The notes: generated by a model not told the origin, from the letters alone. 37,612 bases of DNA from Candidatus Woesearchaeota archaeon (GCA_964519005.1 CAZFLO010000003.1:1-37612); one strand, 5' to 3'. Numbered from the stretch's first letter, positions 26,529 through 34,841 are shown. Made by a program: numbers and translations.

Positions 26529-27125
26529 ATGAAAATCCTAGCAATCGCAGACACACACGGAGATTCCGATTTAGTCAAAAAAATTGGAGAAATGGCAAAT
26601 AAAGAAAACGTTGATTTAATTCTTCACGCAGGAGACTTAACTTGGTTCAATGAAAAAAAGGAAGGCATAATAAAACCATTAATAAAAAAGGGAAGGGAAA
26701 TTTTAATGGTTCACGGAAATCATGATTCCTCCACAACAATTAAAGAATTCTCAGAAATATATCCAGGAATAATTGATCTCCATAAAAAAGGCATAGAAAA
26801 AGAAGGCATAGGTTTCTTTGGATCAGGAACAACAGATTGGGGATTCAAAGAGGATTCCGAAATTGTATTGAAAGAATTAACAGAAGGCCACGAAAGAATA
26901 AAACATTTGAAAAAGAAAATAATGATTTCACATTGTCCCCCAGTCGGAAGTGCAATAGAATTAATTGGATATCCGGGCTCCTACGGAGTAAGAGAAGCAA
27001 TAAAAAAATTCAAACCAGACTTCGTAATCTGTGGACACATTCACGAGGGTGGCGGACTCATCGAAGAGATAGGTGGAGCAAAAGTAATCAATGCTGCATT
27101 TTCTCCGACAATTTTTGAAATCTAA
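26529..27125 (+). CDS. Calcineurin-like metallophosphoesterase (YfcE/MJ0936-like)
   Basis: 198 aa. ADTHGD, HAGDL, GNHD, SHCPP and GHIHEG metal-ligand blocks. Confidence 0.78.
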   Translation: MKILAIADTHGDSDLVKKIGEMANKENVDLILHAGDLTWFNEKKEGIIKPLIKKGREILMVHGNHDSSTTIKEFSEIYPGIIDLHKKGIEKEGIGFFGSGTTDWGFKEDSEIVLKELTEGHERIKHLKKKIMISHCPPVGSAIELIGYPGSYGVREAIKKFKPDFVICGHIHEGGGLIEEIGGAKVINAAFSPTIFEI

Positions 27126-27127
27126 AA

Positions 27128-27682
27128 TTAGAAATTTTTAGCGCCCAATCCTCGACGAATAATTCCAACTTCTCCAATAATTTTTGAAACCAAATCCTTA
27201 TTCATTCCTTTTTCCAAATAAAACTTTTCCATTTCCTTTAACTTTTTAGGAAAACTAAAATAAGGTCCAAAAGGACTTAGTGGAGTTCCAGAATAATCTC
27301 CATCATCAATATTCAAAATATAAGTCACATTCATTTTCTCTTTACTCAAATTATCTTCAACCAAATTATAACGAGCACCATATTCCTCAAATTTCTTATC
27401 ATTAAAAAATTTCAAAACTCCGACTAATTTAGCATGATCATCAAAAAGAGAACGATTCCTATTTGCACTTTCAATTCCCAAAGAAAAATCATCCACCAGA
27501 GAATAATCTCGACCAGAAATCTTAAATCCATGTTCATAACTTCCCTCGAGTTTTGAAATATTTTTGCCATGTTCAGAATTTTCTAAAAACTCATAGAAAC
27601 TTTTTTCCTTTTCTAATTCAGACAAATCTTCTTCCAAAAAACCCATTTTCATTTCAACATCTTCTTTAAATTTTTTATTCAT
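27128..27682 (-). CDS. Operon gene 6: hypothetical protein, paralog of gene 1
   Basis: 184 aa. ATGA overlap with gene 5. FYLEKGMNKDLVSKI vs FYQEKGMQEELLKEV, and HGFKISGRDYSLVDDF vs NGFSVYTNDFSVVDQY. Confidence 0.6.
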   Translation of the reverse strand: MNKKFKEDVEMKMGFLEEDLSELEKEKSFYEFLENSEHGKNISKLEGSYEHGFKISGRDYSLVDDFSLGIESANRNRSLFDDHAKLVGVLKFFNDKKFEEYGARYNLVEDNLSKEKMNVTYILNIDDGDYSGTPLSPFGPYFSFPKKLKEMEKFYLEKGMNKDLVSKIIGEVGIIRRGLGAKNF

Positions 27683-27900
27683 TTTTTATTACTTCCCTTT
27701 TCTAAATTATTTTCTTTATCAAACCAGAAACATTCTTTATGCTTTTCTTCATGACAGATATAATTTCCAGTGGGTTCTCCATATTGACCATATTCAATTC
27801 CTTTTATCTTACATTCATAATTTCCCAAAGAAGAATACAACAAATCATCAAATTCAAATTTTGAATAAGGGCAATTTTGCCCACATTGTTTTTTATTCAT
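27679..27900 (-). CDS. Operon gene 5: Cys-rich small protein
   Basis: 73 aa with 5 Cys, including CGQNC. GGAGAGGATC lies upstream. 8-nt overlap with gene 4. Confidence 0.5.
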   Translation of the reverse strand: MNKKQCGQNCPYSKFEFDDLLYSSLGNYECKIKGIEYGQYGEPTGNYICHEEKHKECFWFDKENNLEKGSNKK

Positions 27901-28192
27901 TTTTCTTTGATCCTCTCCCCATAATCAATTCCAAAGTACTCAATCGAACAATTTTCTCTTTCCCCATGTCTTTATTACCATCACTAACCGCAATAACTTT
28001 TGCTTTCAAATATCCGGATTCGGTGGGAAACAACCTGCTATCAATTAAATAATTTCTAACTTTAACATCAAAATTTTCTTCCCCATGCATTTCCAAATCA
28101 TGAATATAACTTTCAGTATTGGGGCAACCAGGAATACCATAATGAACTCCGTGAAATATTTCCAACTTTACAAAATAATTATCTTCATTCAT
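27893..28192 (-). CDS. Operon gene 4: hypothetical small protein
   Basis: 99 aa. GAGGT lies upstream. 8-nt ATGAATGA overlap with the gene 3 stop. Confidence 0.5.
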   Translation of the reverse strand: MNEDNYFVKLEIFHGVHYGIPGCPNTESYIHDLEMHGEENFDVKVRNYLIDSRLFPTESGYLKAKVIAVSDGNKDMGKEKIVRLSTLELIMGRGSKKNE

Positions 28193-28418
28193 TTTTTATT
28201 ACCTCTTTCTCAAGTTCATTTTCTTTCACTGGAATTTTATCCACATCCCCATAACTATATTTTACCCCTGCCACCACAACTCCAATCAAATCAACCTCTC
28301 CTAAATCGGAAACTCCATACCCTTTCAAATCCAAATGTTCGCAAAATTTTTCCAACCGATAAGCTTGAATATATGGGCCACAACTCATTAAATAATGTGC
28401 ATTATCTTCATCCCGCAT
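28185..28418 (-). CDS. Operon gene 3: hypothetical small protein
   Basis: 77 aa. GGAGG is 5 nt upstream of the ATG at 28418. Overlaps gene 2 by 31 nt. Confidence 0.5.
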   Translation of the reverse strand: MRDEDNAHYLMSCGPYIQAYRLEKFCEHLDLKGYGVSDLGEVDLIGVVVAGVKYSYGDVDKIPVKENELEKEVIKNE

Positions 28419-28879
28419 ATTTTCCTCCGAACATATTTCTCTTTTTCCAAACCATACTTCTCAATCTCAGAAGATCTCCATTCTTGAGCTGTCGCAAATT
28501 CTCCATAATTCACAAAAGATTTATGCTCTTTTTTTCCTTCTTCTTCTAATTTCCTTATTATTTTTTTTGCATTGTAATTTTTCAAAAGAAAGGACAATCC
28601 TAAAACTGATTTATCCCCCGCCAAACCCATATCACTAAAATCATAAAAAAGAGAAGAAACCAATTCCCCCGTTTCCAAATCTACTCCTAAACGATCATCG
28701 ATAACTTCTATTCCATACATATAAGGTTCTGTATTTCCCCCGCCAAATCCATCTCGTCCATCAGCTTGAAGAGCCAACCAAGGAATCTTTTGCCAATCAT
28801 CTTTCTGATTTCTAAAATATTCCCGAACATCTTTCACAATTTCTTTAACATTTACTTCAATTCTTTTTTCTAATTCCAT
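28388..28879 (-). CDS. Operon gene 2: hypothetical protein
   Basis: 163 aa. SD-like GGTGAGGG is 6 nt upstream of the ATG. There is a 1-nt gap after the gene 1 stop. Confidence 0.55.
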   Translation of the reverse strand: MELEKRIEVNVKEIVKDVREYFRNQKDDWQKIPWLALQADGRDGFGGGNTEPYMYGIEVIDDRLGVDLETGELVSSLFYDFSDMGLAGDKSVLGLSFLLKNYNAKKIIRKLEEEGKKEHKSFVNYGEFATAQEWRSSEIEKYGLEKEKYVRRKICGMKIMHII

Positions 28880-28880
28880 T

Positions 28881-29408
28881 TTAAACCCTCACCAACTCCG
28901 AAGCTATTTTCACAACTTCTGAAACTTCTTTCAACAACTCTTCTTGCATCCCTTTTTCTTGATAAAATCCAACCATTTTCTCTAAAGGATTAGGCAAATA
29001 AAGACCCCCGCCATTTTGATTCCACCGATATTCAAAAAGAACATTAAATTTATTATCCTTCATCCAATTATCCCTCAAATTAATTCCCAATTCAATATCT
29101 CCAAAACTTTTACTAGAATAAAACTCAAAAATTTTCGAATAGCTCTTAGAAGTCAATTCATCTTTATCATAAGGCCCATGATTTATGCTATCCTCATTAT
29201 ATCCCAAAGTAACAATCTTATATTGATCAACAACACTAAAATCATTTGTATAAACACTAAACCCATTTTTTAATTCCTCAAAACCAAGAATATTAAATTT
29301 AGCTTGACTAACAAAATCCAAAACCTCTCCCCTCTTTTGATAATTCTCAAAACTTTTTTTATTCTCTTTCTCAAAAATTTTAATTTGATCTTTAACATCT
29401 TTTTTCAT
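28881..29408 (-). CDS. Operon gene 1: hypothetical protein, paralog of gene 6
   Basis: 175 aa. Leaderless-type promoter (aaatataca-like box about 20-24 nt upstream). Aligns along its full length with 27128-27682. Confidence 0.6.
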   Translation of the reverse strand: MKKDVKDQIKIFEKENKKSFENYQKRGEVLDFVSQAKFNILGFEELKNGFSVYTNDFSVVDQYKIVTLGYNEDSINHGPYDKDELTSKSYSKIFEFYSSKSFGDIELGINLRDNWMKDNKFNVLFEYRWNQNGGGLYLPNPLEKMVGFYQEKGMQEELLKEVSEVVKIASELVRV

Positions 29409-29516
29409 AACCTATCCAAGAGTTGTATATTTCATACACCTTTCTGTACAAAATGTGTCAACATAGTTGCACGCCACATAAATACTTATAAAATATCTCC
29501 AATTACTCATTTAACA

Positions 29517-30356
29517 ATGCTCGATAAAAACACAATTCAAAAAATAGAAAAACTTATTTCTTACGAACCAAGAAGCATAAATGAAATCGCGATTAATCTA
29601 AATAAAAATTGGAGAACCGTTGACCGGTACCTAAAACAAATTGAAGAAGAATATGGAACAATCAACACAAAAACTTTCCGAGGAGGAACAAGGGGAGCTC
29701 TAAAGATCGCATATCTTTCAAATCCAGAAAAAATTAGCCACACAAAATTTCAAGAAGAACTCGAAGAACAAATAATCAAACTAAAAAAGAAAGGGGATTT
29801 TTCAGCATTTGACATTTTCCAACATGTTCCAGAAAAAAACAAAAGAGTTATTGTCGAAAATGAAATTAATGAAGCTTCAACAAATTTAACTGAATTAATC
29901 CAAATATTAAAAGAAACAAAAAAAGAATTAAAACTCTTCTCAGGGAACCTTTCTTGGATTAATCTAAAAGAAGGAAAAATTGACTTATTTGAAACATTAG
30001 AAAATTTGGTAAAAAATGGAATCAGAATAAAAGTATTATGTCGGGTAGACTTAGATGGAATTGAAAACATAAAAAAAGTTCTTTCTTTGAATTATAAATA
30101 TGGAAAAGAATTAATTGAAATACGTCACAAAGAACATCCAATAAGAGCTTTTGTTATTGATAATAAAACAATAAGATTAAAAGAAATAAAAGAACCAACC
30201 GGAAAAATTAAAGAACTAGATAAAAAGAAATTTATTTTTTACACAATAAAAGACAAAGAATGGTCAGAATGGCTCGGAAAACTTTTCATAAAATTATTCA
30301 ACACTTCAATAGGTTCAGAAAGAAGAATCCAAGAATTGAATAAACTAATCAAATAA
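29517..30356 (+). CDS. wHTH transcriptional regulator with TrmB-like architecture
   Basis: The track ORF (from 29304) overlaps the divergent gene. The ATG at 29517 has cttataaaata about 25 nt upstream. N-terminal SINEIAINLNKNWRTVDRYLKQIEEEYG is a wHTH, followed by a ~200-aa C-terminal domain. Confidence 0.6.
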   Translation: MLDKNTIQKIEKLISYEPRSINEIAINLNKNWRTVDRYLKQIEEEYGTINTKTFRGGTRGALKIAYLSNPEKISHTKFQEELEEQIIKLKKKGDFSAFDIFQHVPEKNKRVIVENEINEASTNLTELIQILKETKKELKLFSGNLSWINLKEGKIDLFETLENLVKNGIRIKVLCRVDLDGIENIKKVLSLNYKYGKELIEIRHKEHPIRAFVIDNKTIRLKEIKEPTGKIKELDKKKFIFYTIKDKEWSEWLGKLFIKLFNTSIGSERRIQELNKLIK

Positions 30357-30357
30357 A

Positions 30358-30600
30358 CTAACTTCCAGCACTACAAGAGTATCCTTTACTAGAAACAGGC
30401 CCATCATAAAAATACTTCTCAACAATCTTATTTATAAAATCAGTTTCAGAAATAACAATTTTTTGAATAAAATTCGGACTTGAATCAGAATCTACCAAAA
30501 ACAAAAAATTTCCAAACAAAAATCCTAACAAAATAATTCCAATAACAAACAAAATGACTATTTTTGATTCAAATTTTCTCTTTCCAACTTTTATTATCAT
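30358..30600 (-). CDS. Small membrane-anchored hypothetical protein (80 aa)
   Basis: This is the C-terminal part of track ORF 30358-31089, starting at the ATG at 30600 (MIIKVGKRKFESKIVILFVIGIILLGFLF...). The TATA-like box is shared with topA, 25 nt upstream. Confidence 0.4.
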   Translation of the reverse strand: MIIKVGKRKFESKIVILFVIGIILLGFLFGNFLFLVDSDSSPNFIQKIVISETDFINKIVEKYFYDGPVSSKGYSCSAGS

Positions 30601-30620
30601 GAAATCAATAAACAAAAACC

Positions 30621-30630
30621 ATTTAAAATA
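30621..30630. promoter_or_regulatory. Single TATA-like element in a 46-nt divergent intergenic region
   Basis: atttaaaata lies about 25 nt from the ATG at 30600 (minus) and about 22 nt from the ATG at 30647 (plus). Confidence 0.45.
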
Positions 30631-30646
30631 ATTACTATACGTAATT

Positions 30647-33157
30647 ATGAATAAAATGCCTACAAAAAGAAAATCAAGAGAAGAGAATGCAACTGAAACT
30701 TTTTTTAGAGGAAACGGTAATGCAAAAGTCACAACTGAAAAAGTAATAAAAAAAGAAAGACCCATTGATGAACAAAACAAAAAAACAACAGAAAAAATAA
30801 TAAAAGACCCAATTAATTCGTCAAAAAGGATGAAAACCGTAGAAAAAATTTCTTCAAAATTAATGCCCTCTGAATTAATCACCATAGAAAAAGAAGGGAA
30901 TGTGAAAAATATGTCCCAGAATTCCACAAGTAGGGGTATGTCGAACGACGCCACTAGAAAAAAGGGAGCTAAAAAGAAAACTACTAGGAAAAAAACAATT
31001 AGAAAATCTACAAAAACAACAATAAAAGAAATTAAATTTATCCCCCCAAAAATATTATTAAAAAAGAATGGATATGAATTAATTATCACCGAAAAACCTC
31101 AAGCAGCATTAAAGATTTCTTCAGCATTAGGTTCATCCACAAAAAGAGAATTGGTTGGAGGAGTTCCATATTATGAAGTGGACAGGGAAGGGAAAAAGTT
31201 AATTGTTGCTTGTGCAGTGGGCCATTTATTTACCCTAAAACAAAATGTACCTGGTTCAACTGTTCCAATATTTGATATCTCTTGGGTACCAAATTATCTA
31301 GTTAGGAAAGGAGATTTCACCAAAAAATATTATGACACATTACTAAAACTTGCAAAAAATGCAGGCTCAATAACTGTCGCAACAGATTATGATATCGAAG
31401 GAGAAGTTATTGGGACAAACGTAGTAAGATTAATTTGTAATCAAAAAAATGCAAAAAGAATGAAATTCTCGACGCTAACAACAAAAGAATTAAATGAAGC
31501 TTATGAAAATAAAATGAAAACAATAAATTGGGGACAAGCGATAGCCGGAGAATCCAGACATTACTTGGATTGGTTTTATGGAATAAATCTTTCAAGGGCA
31601 TTAATGAATGCAATAAAAACCACAGGAAAATTCAAAATAATGTCAATCGGAAGAGTTCAAGGTCCAGCATTAAAATTAATTGTTGACAAAGAAAAAGAAA
31701 TTCAAAAATTTATTTCAGTTCCATATTGGCAAGTATTCATAACCGTTAAAAAACCAACAGTTGATTTAAAATATGTTAAAGATATTTTTGCCCCCGAAGG
31801 GGATCCCAATGGGGCCAAAAAAGAATTGACAAAATTCGATGACATTGTAGGAAAAAAAGCAATTGCAGAAACAAAAAAAAGTCAGCAAATAATTCCTCCA
31901 AATCCCCCATTTAATTTAACTGCACTTCAAACCGAATGCTATAAATTTTATGGAATAACTCCTTCAAATACCCTAAAAGCAGCGCAATCACTTTATTTGG
32001 CAGGATTAATTTCCTACCCCAGAACATCTTCGCAAAAATTACCCGAATCAATAGACTACAAATCAATTCTAGAAATTTTAAAAATAAGATACAAAGTAGC
32101 AAAATTAATCACAAAAGAAAAACCAGTTGAAGGGAAAAAAACTGATCCTGCACATCCTTCAATTTATCCAACAGGAAATAAACCTCCAGTATTGTCAGGA
32201 CATGAAGAAAAAGTTTACGAACTTATTGTAAAAAGATTTCTAGCTTTATTTTGCGACGATGCAATCGTTGATAAAAAAAGAATTATCGTAAAATTAAATG
32301 AGTTAGTATTTTCTACAAATGGTTCTCAAACCCAAAAAAAAGCTTGGTTAGAATTTTATCCAACAAAAGCAAAAGAAATTGAAGTTCCAGATCTAGAAGG
32401 AGAAGTTACAATAACTAAAAAAGAAATAGAAGAAAAAGAAACTCAACCTCCAAAAAGATTTTCCCCAGCTTCCATTCTATCAGAATTAGAAAAAAGAAAC
32501 CTTGGAACAAAAGCAACACGAGCAGCAATTCTTGAAACACTTTATGACCGAGGATATGTCCGAGAAAAATCAATAGAAGCAACGCCACTAGGAATTTCTC
32601 TAATTAATACTTTAGAAAAATATTCTCCAATAATCATAGATGAAAAATTAACAAAAGAAATACAGGATGAAATGGATGACATAGTCAAAATTACAAATGA
32701 ACCAATTGAAAATTTAATGAAAAAAGAAGATAAAATAATTGAAAAAGCAAAAGACACAATTATAAAAATTGCAAAAGAATTCGAAGCAAAAGAAAGCCAA
32801 ATAGGAAGAGAATTGATGAATGCTCAAGAAGAGCAAAGAAAAATAGAAAAGGAAGAAAACAAATTAATCAAATGTCCAAAATGTGGGAAAGGAGAACTCG
32901 CAATAACTTACTCTCCTAAAACAAGGAAATTCTTTGTTGCATGTAATGCTTATCCAAATTGTAAAACAACTTATTCTTTACCTCCAAAAGGAAAAATCAA
33001 GAAAGTAGGAAAAGAATGTGAACATTGTAAATTCCCCTTGCTGATGACTTTATCTGCAGGGAAAAAACCTTGGATATTTTGTTTCAACACTGATTGCGAA
33101 AGCAATAGAGAAAGAGTTGAAGCATACAAAAAGAAATTAGCTGAAGGAAATAAATAA
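30647..33157 (+). CDS. topA: DNA topoisomerase IA (archaeal Topo III/TopA type) with Lys-rich N-terminal extension
   Basis: 836 aa. Toprim ELIITEKP and ATDYDIEGE, active-site LISYPRTSSQ, two C-terminal zinc ribbons CPKCG...CNAYPNC and CEHC...CFNTDC. About 140 aa of K/T/E-rich sequence precede the Toprim domain. Confidence 0.9.
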   Translation: MNKMPTKRKSREENATETFFRGNGNAKVTTEKVIKKERPIDEQNKKTTEKIIKDPINSSKRMKTVEKISSKLMPSELITIEKEGNVKNMSQNSTSRGMSNDATRKKGAKKKTTRKKTIRKSTKTTIKEIKFIPPKILLKKNGYELIITEKPQAALKISSALGSSTKRELVGGVPYYEVDREGKKLIVACAVGHLFTLKQNVPGSTVPIFDISWVPNYLVRKGDFTKKYYDTLLKLAKNAGSITVATDYDIEGEVIGTNVVRLICNQKNAKRMKFSTLTTKELNEAYENKMKTINWGQAIAGESRHYLDWFYGINLSRALMNAIKTTGKFKIMSIGRVQGPALKLIVDKEKEIQKFISVPYWQVFITVKKPTVDLKYVKDIFAPEGDPNGAKKELTKFDDIVGKKAIAETKKSQQIIPPNPPFNLTALQTECYKFYGITPSNTLKAAQSLYLAGLISYPRTSSQKLPESIDYKSILEILKIRYKVAKLITKEKPVEGKKTDPAHPSIYPTGNKPPVLSGHEEKVYELIVKRFLALFCDDAIVDKKRIIVKLNELVFSTNGSQTQKKAWLEFYPTKAKEIEVPDLEGEVTITKKEIEEKETQPPKRFSPASILSELEKRNLGTKATRAAILETLYDRGYVREKSIEATPLGISLINTLEKYSPIIIDEKLTKEIQDEMDDIVKITNEPIENLMKKEDKIIEKAKDTIIKIAKEFEAKESQIGRELMNAQEEQRKIEKEENKLIKCPKCGKGELAITYSPKTRKFFVACNAYPNCKTTYSLPPKGKIKKVGKECEHCKFPLLMTLSAGKKPWIFCFNTDCESNRERVEAYKKKLAEGNK

Positions 33158-33453
33158 AACTCTTGAGCAAGTTCTTTTGAATTATCTAAATCTTCTTTTG
33201 TAGAAGTTCTAAGAATTATTTTTTTCATAATTTTTGATAAATCGTCAGGAGCAAATATTTTTAACAGGGGATTATTGTATAGTTCAAAAATGCCTTCAAT
33301 TCCACTATTCAAAAGAGATTTCAAAACTTCATAGTAACTTATTCCATAACGACTAAAATCTTTTCCTTCAAAAAAGATGCAGGTAATTTTAGGATCTAAT
33401 CCCAACTCTCAATTACCATCCATAATATTCCTATAATTTTTTTCTAGGTTCAT
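32971..33453 (-). pseudogene. Disrupted or questionable ORF, antisense to the topA 3' end
   Basis: The ATG at 33453 is followed by an in-frame TGA (33409-33411). The track ORF then begins at a TTG (33405) and runs 187 nt antisense into topA. Confidence 0.3.
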
Positions 33454-33542
33454 AGAAATTTGATTTTCTTTCTTCTAAAGATTCAATCTCTAAATCTAAT
33501 TTATTTGCTTTCAATTCAACTTTCTTATCAATTGATTTATAT

Positions 33543-34037
33543 TTATTTTTTATTTAAAATCTTTTTATAAATTCCAGGGATATTTGAGTTAAAGTCCTTA
33601 TCAAATTTAAAAATTCCCAGATTAACAAGTTCATTTTCAAGGTTCCACATAATTTCATATTCATAATCCGAATGCCCCCTCATTTCATCATTAAATAAAA
33701 AAAACATCTTTTCAAGCATTCTTAATTTTAATTTTTCTTTGCCAACATTTAAATCTTCAACCCCAAAAACGTCTCTTTGAGAAAGGTGATGACAAAAATA
33801 ATGTGAACTTGAGTCTAAAATATAATGATTATCTAAAATCCAAGCAGTGACTTTCGGCCCATCACAATTAAAAAATTTATCATTTGAAAGAGGATTACTT
33901 CTTTCTGAATAATATCCTAAATAACCTTTTGAAATAAAAGATGGAATTCTTTCTAAATTATGTTTTATATCTGGACGTTCTAAAATATCTTTAATTATAT
34001 ATTTTCCTTTTATCTTATTCTGTTTTTCTTCTCCCAT
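33543..34037 (-). CDS. Hypothetical protein
   Basis: The track ORF starts at a TTG (34058). The ATG is at 34037 (MGEEKQNK...), 26 nt from the centre of the shared TATA palindrome. No domain recognised. Confidence 0.5.
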   Translation of the reverse strand: MGEEKQNKIKGKYIIKDILERPDIKHNLERIPSFISKGYLGYYSERSNPLSNDKFFNCDGPKVTAWILDNHYILDSSSHYFCHHLSQRDVFGVEDLNVGKEKLKLRMLEKMFFLFNDEMRGHSDYEYEIMWNLENELVNLGIFKFDKDFNSNIPGIYKKILNKK

Positions 34038-34056
34038 AATTCCCGCAAAAAACCAC

Positions 34057-34070
34057 AATATTTAAATATT
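34057..34070. promoter_or_regulatory. Perfectly palindromic TATA element shared by divergent genes
   Basis: aatatttaaatatt is its own reverse complement. Its centre is 26 nt from the ATG at 34037 (minus) and 19 or 28 nt from the ATGs at 34083 and 34092 (plus). Confidence 0.5.
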
Positions 34071-34082
34071 ACTCCCCCCTTA

Positions 34083-34841
34083 ATGGAGAGTATGGAAAAC
34101 TTAAAAGAAACACTTACAAAGATCGGATTGACGGAAGGAGAAAGTCAAGTATATAATGCGTTGATTGAACTAGGACAAACGACTGCTGGAAAAATAATAA
34201 AAAAAGCAAATATAGCAAGTTCAAAAGTTTATGATGTTTTACATAAATTGCAAACAAAAGGATTAGTTGGGCATATAGTAAAAGAAAACATAAAATATTA
34301 TGATGCAACCCCTCCTGAAAGATTGATTGATTTTCTAGAGGAAAAGAAAGAGAACCTTTCACAAGCACAAAATAAAATTAAAAAAATAATTCCCTCAATT
34401 AAAGCAAAACAAAAACAACAAGAAGAAAAAAATAATGTGATTGTCTATACTGGACTTCAAGGTCCAAAAATAGTTTTAAAAGAAACAATTGAAGCAGGAA
34501 GAAAAGGAAAAAAATTAATGGGTTTCGGAACAGATGAAGATCCATACAAAGATTACCTCCCTGCACAAATTGAAGAACATTTTAAGGAACAAAAAAAATA
34601 TGGGATAAAATGGCACCTATTATTCACAAAAGGAAAATGGTCTTCAACAAGTCCTTTAGCAGAAATTAGATATTTGCCCCCAGGGCAAAATATTCCAGTA
34701 AGAACAATGATTTATGGAAACAAAGTGGCAATAGTAGATTTTAACAAACCTTTCACTACAATTATTATTGAAAAAAAAGAAATAGCAAAAGCCTACAAAC
34801 AACAATTCGAAACACTTTGGAAAATTGCCAAAAAAAATTAA
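34083..34841 (+). CDS. TrmB-family transcriptional regulator
   Basis: 252 aa. LTEGESQVYNALIELGQTTAGKIIKKANIASSKVYDVLHKLQTKGLV is a TrmB-type wHTH, followed by a coiled linker and a C-terminal domain. Confidence 0.72.
   Translation: MESMENLKETLTKIGLTEGESQVYNALIELGQTTAGKIIKKANIASSKVYDVLHKLQTKGLVGHIVKENIKYYDATPPERLIDFLEEKKENLSQAQNKIKKIIPSIKAKQKQQEEKNNVIVYTGLQGPKIVLKETIEAGRKGKKLMGFGTDEDPYKDYLPAQIEEHFKEQKKYGIKWHLLFTKGKWSSTSPLAEIRYLPPGQNIPVRTMIYGNKVAIVDFNKPFTTIIIEKKEIAKAYKQQFETLWKIAKKN

Noticed and set aside
26837-27118. Overlapping plus-strand ORF of 93 aa inside the metallophosphoesterase gene.
   Set aside because: It is an alternative frame of a gene with all its metal-binding motifs, and its Arg-rich composition is atypical for this genome.
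28085-29273. Plus-strand ORFs 28085-28549 and 29016-29273, and 27861-28052.
   Set aside because: They are antisense to the six-gene operon, whose ORFs have SD motifs and coupled stops and starts. The plus-strand ORFs lack both.
29304-29516. The 71-aa N-terminal extension of the regulator ORF given in the track.
   Set aside because: It overlaps the divergent gene and its promoter and has hydrophobic, low-complexity composition. The ATG at 29517 has a correctly spaced TATA box and starts directly at the wHTH.
25260-30356. An integrated element downstream of tRNA-Lys carrying the six-gene operon.
   Set aside because: No integrase, recombinase or viral hallmark gene is present. I could find no distal copy of the tRNA 3' end beyond 25354. 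By eye, composition does not differ from the rest of the window.
30601-31089. The upstream two-thirds of minus-strand ORF 30358-31089, which looks like a multi-TM protein.
   Set aside because: It is the complement of the Lys-rich topA N-terminal extension, so Phe/Leu richness is expected from AAA/AAG codons. Only the part downstream of the ATG at 30600 is kept, as a low-confidence gene.
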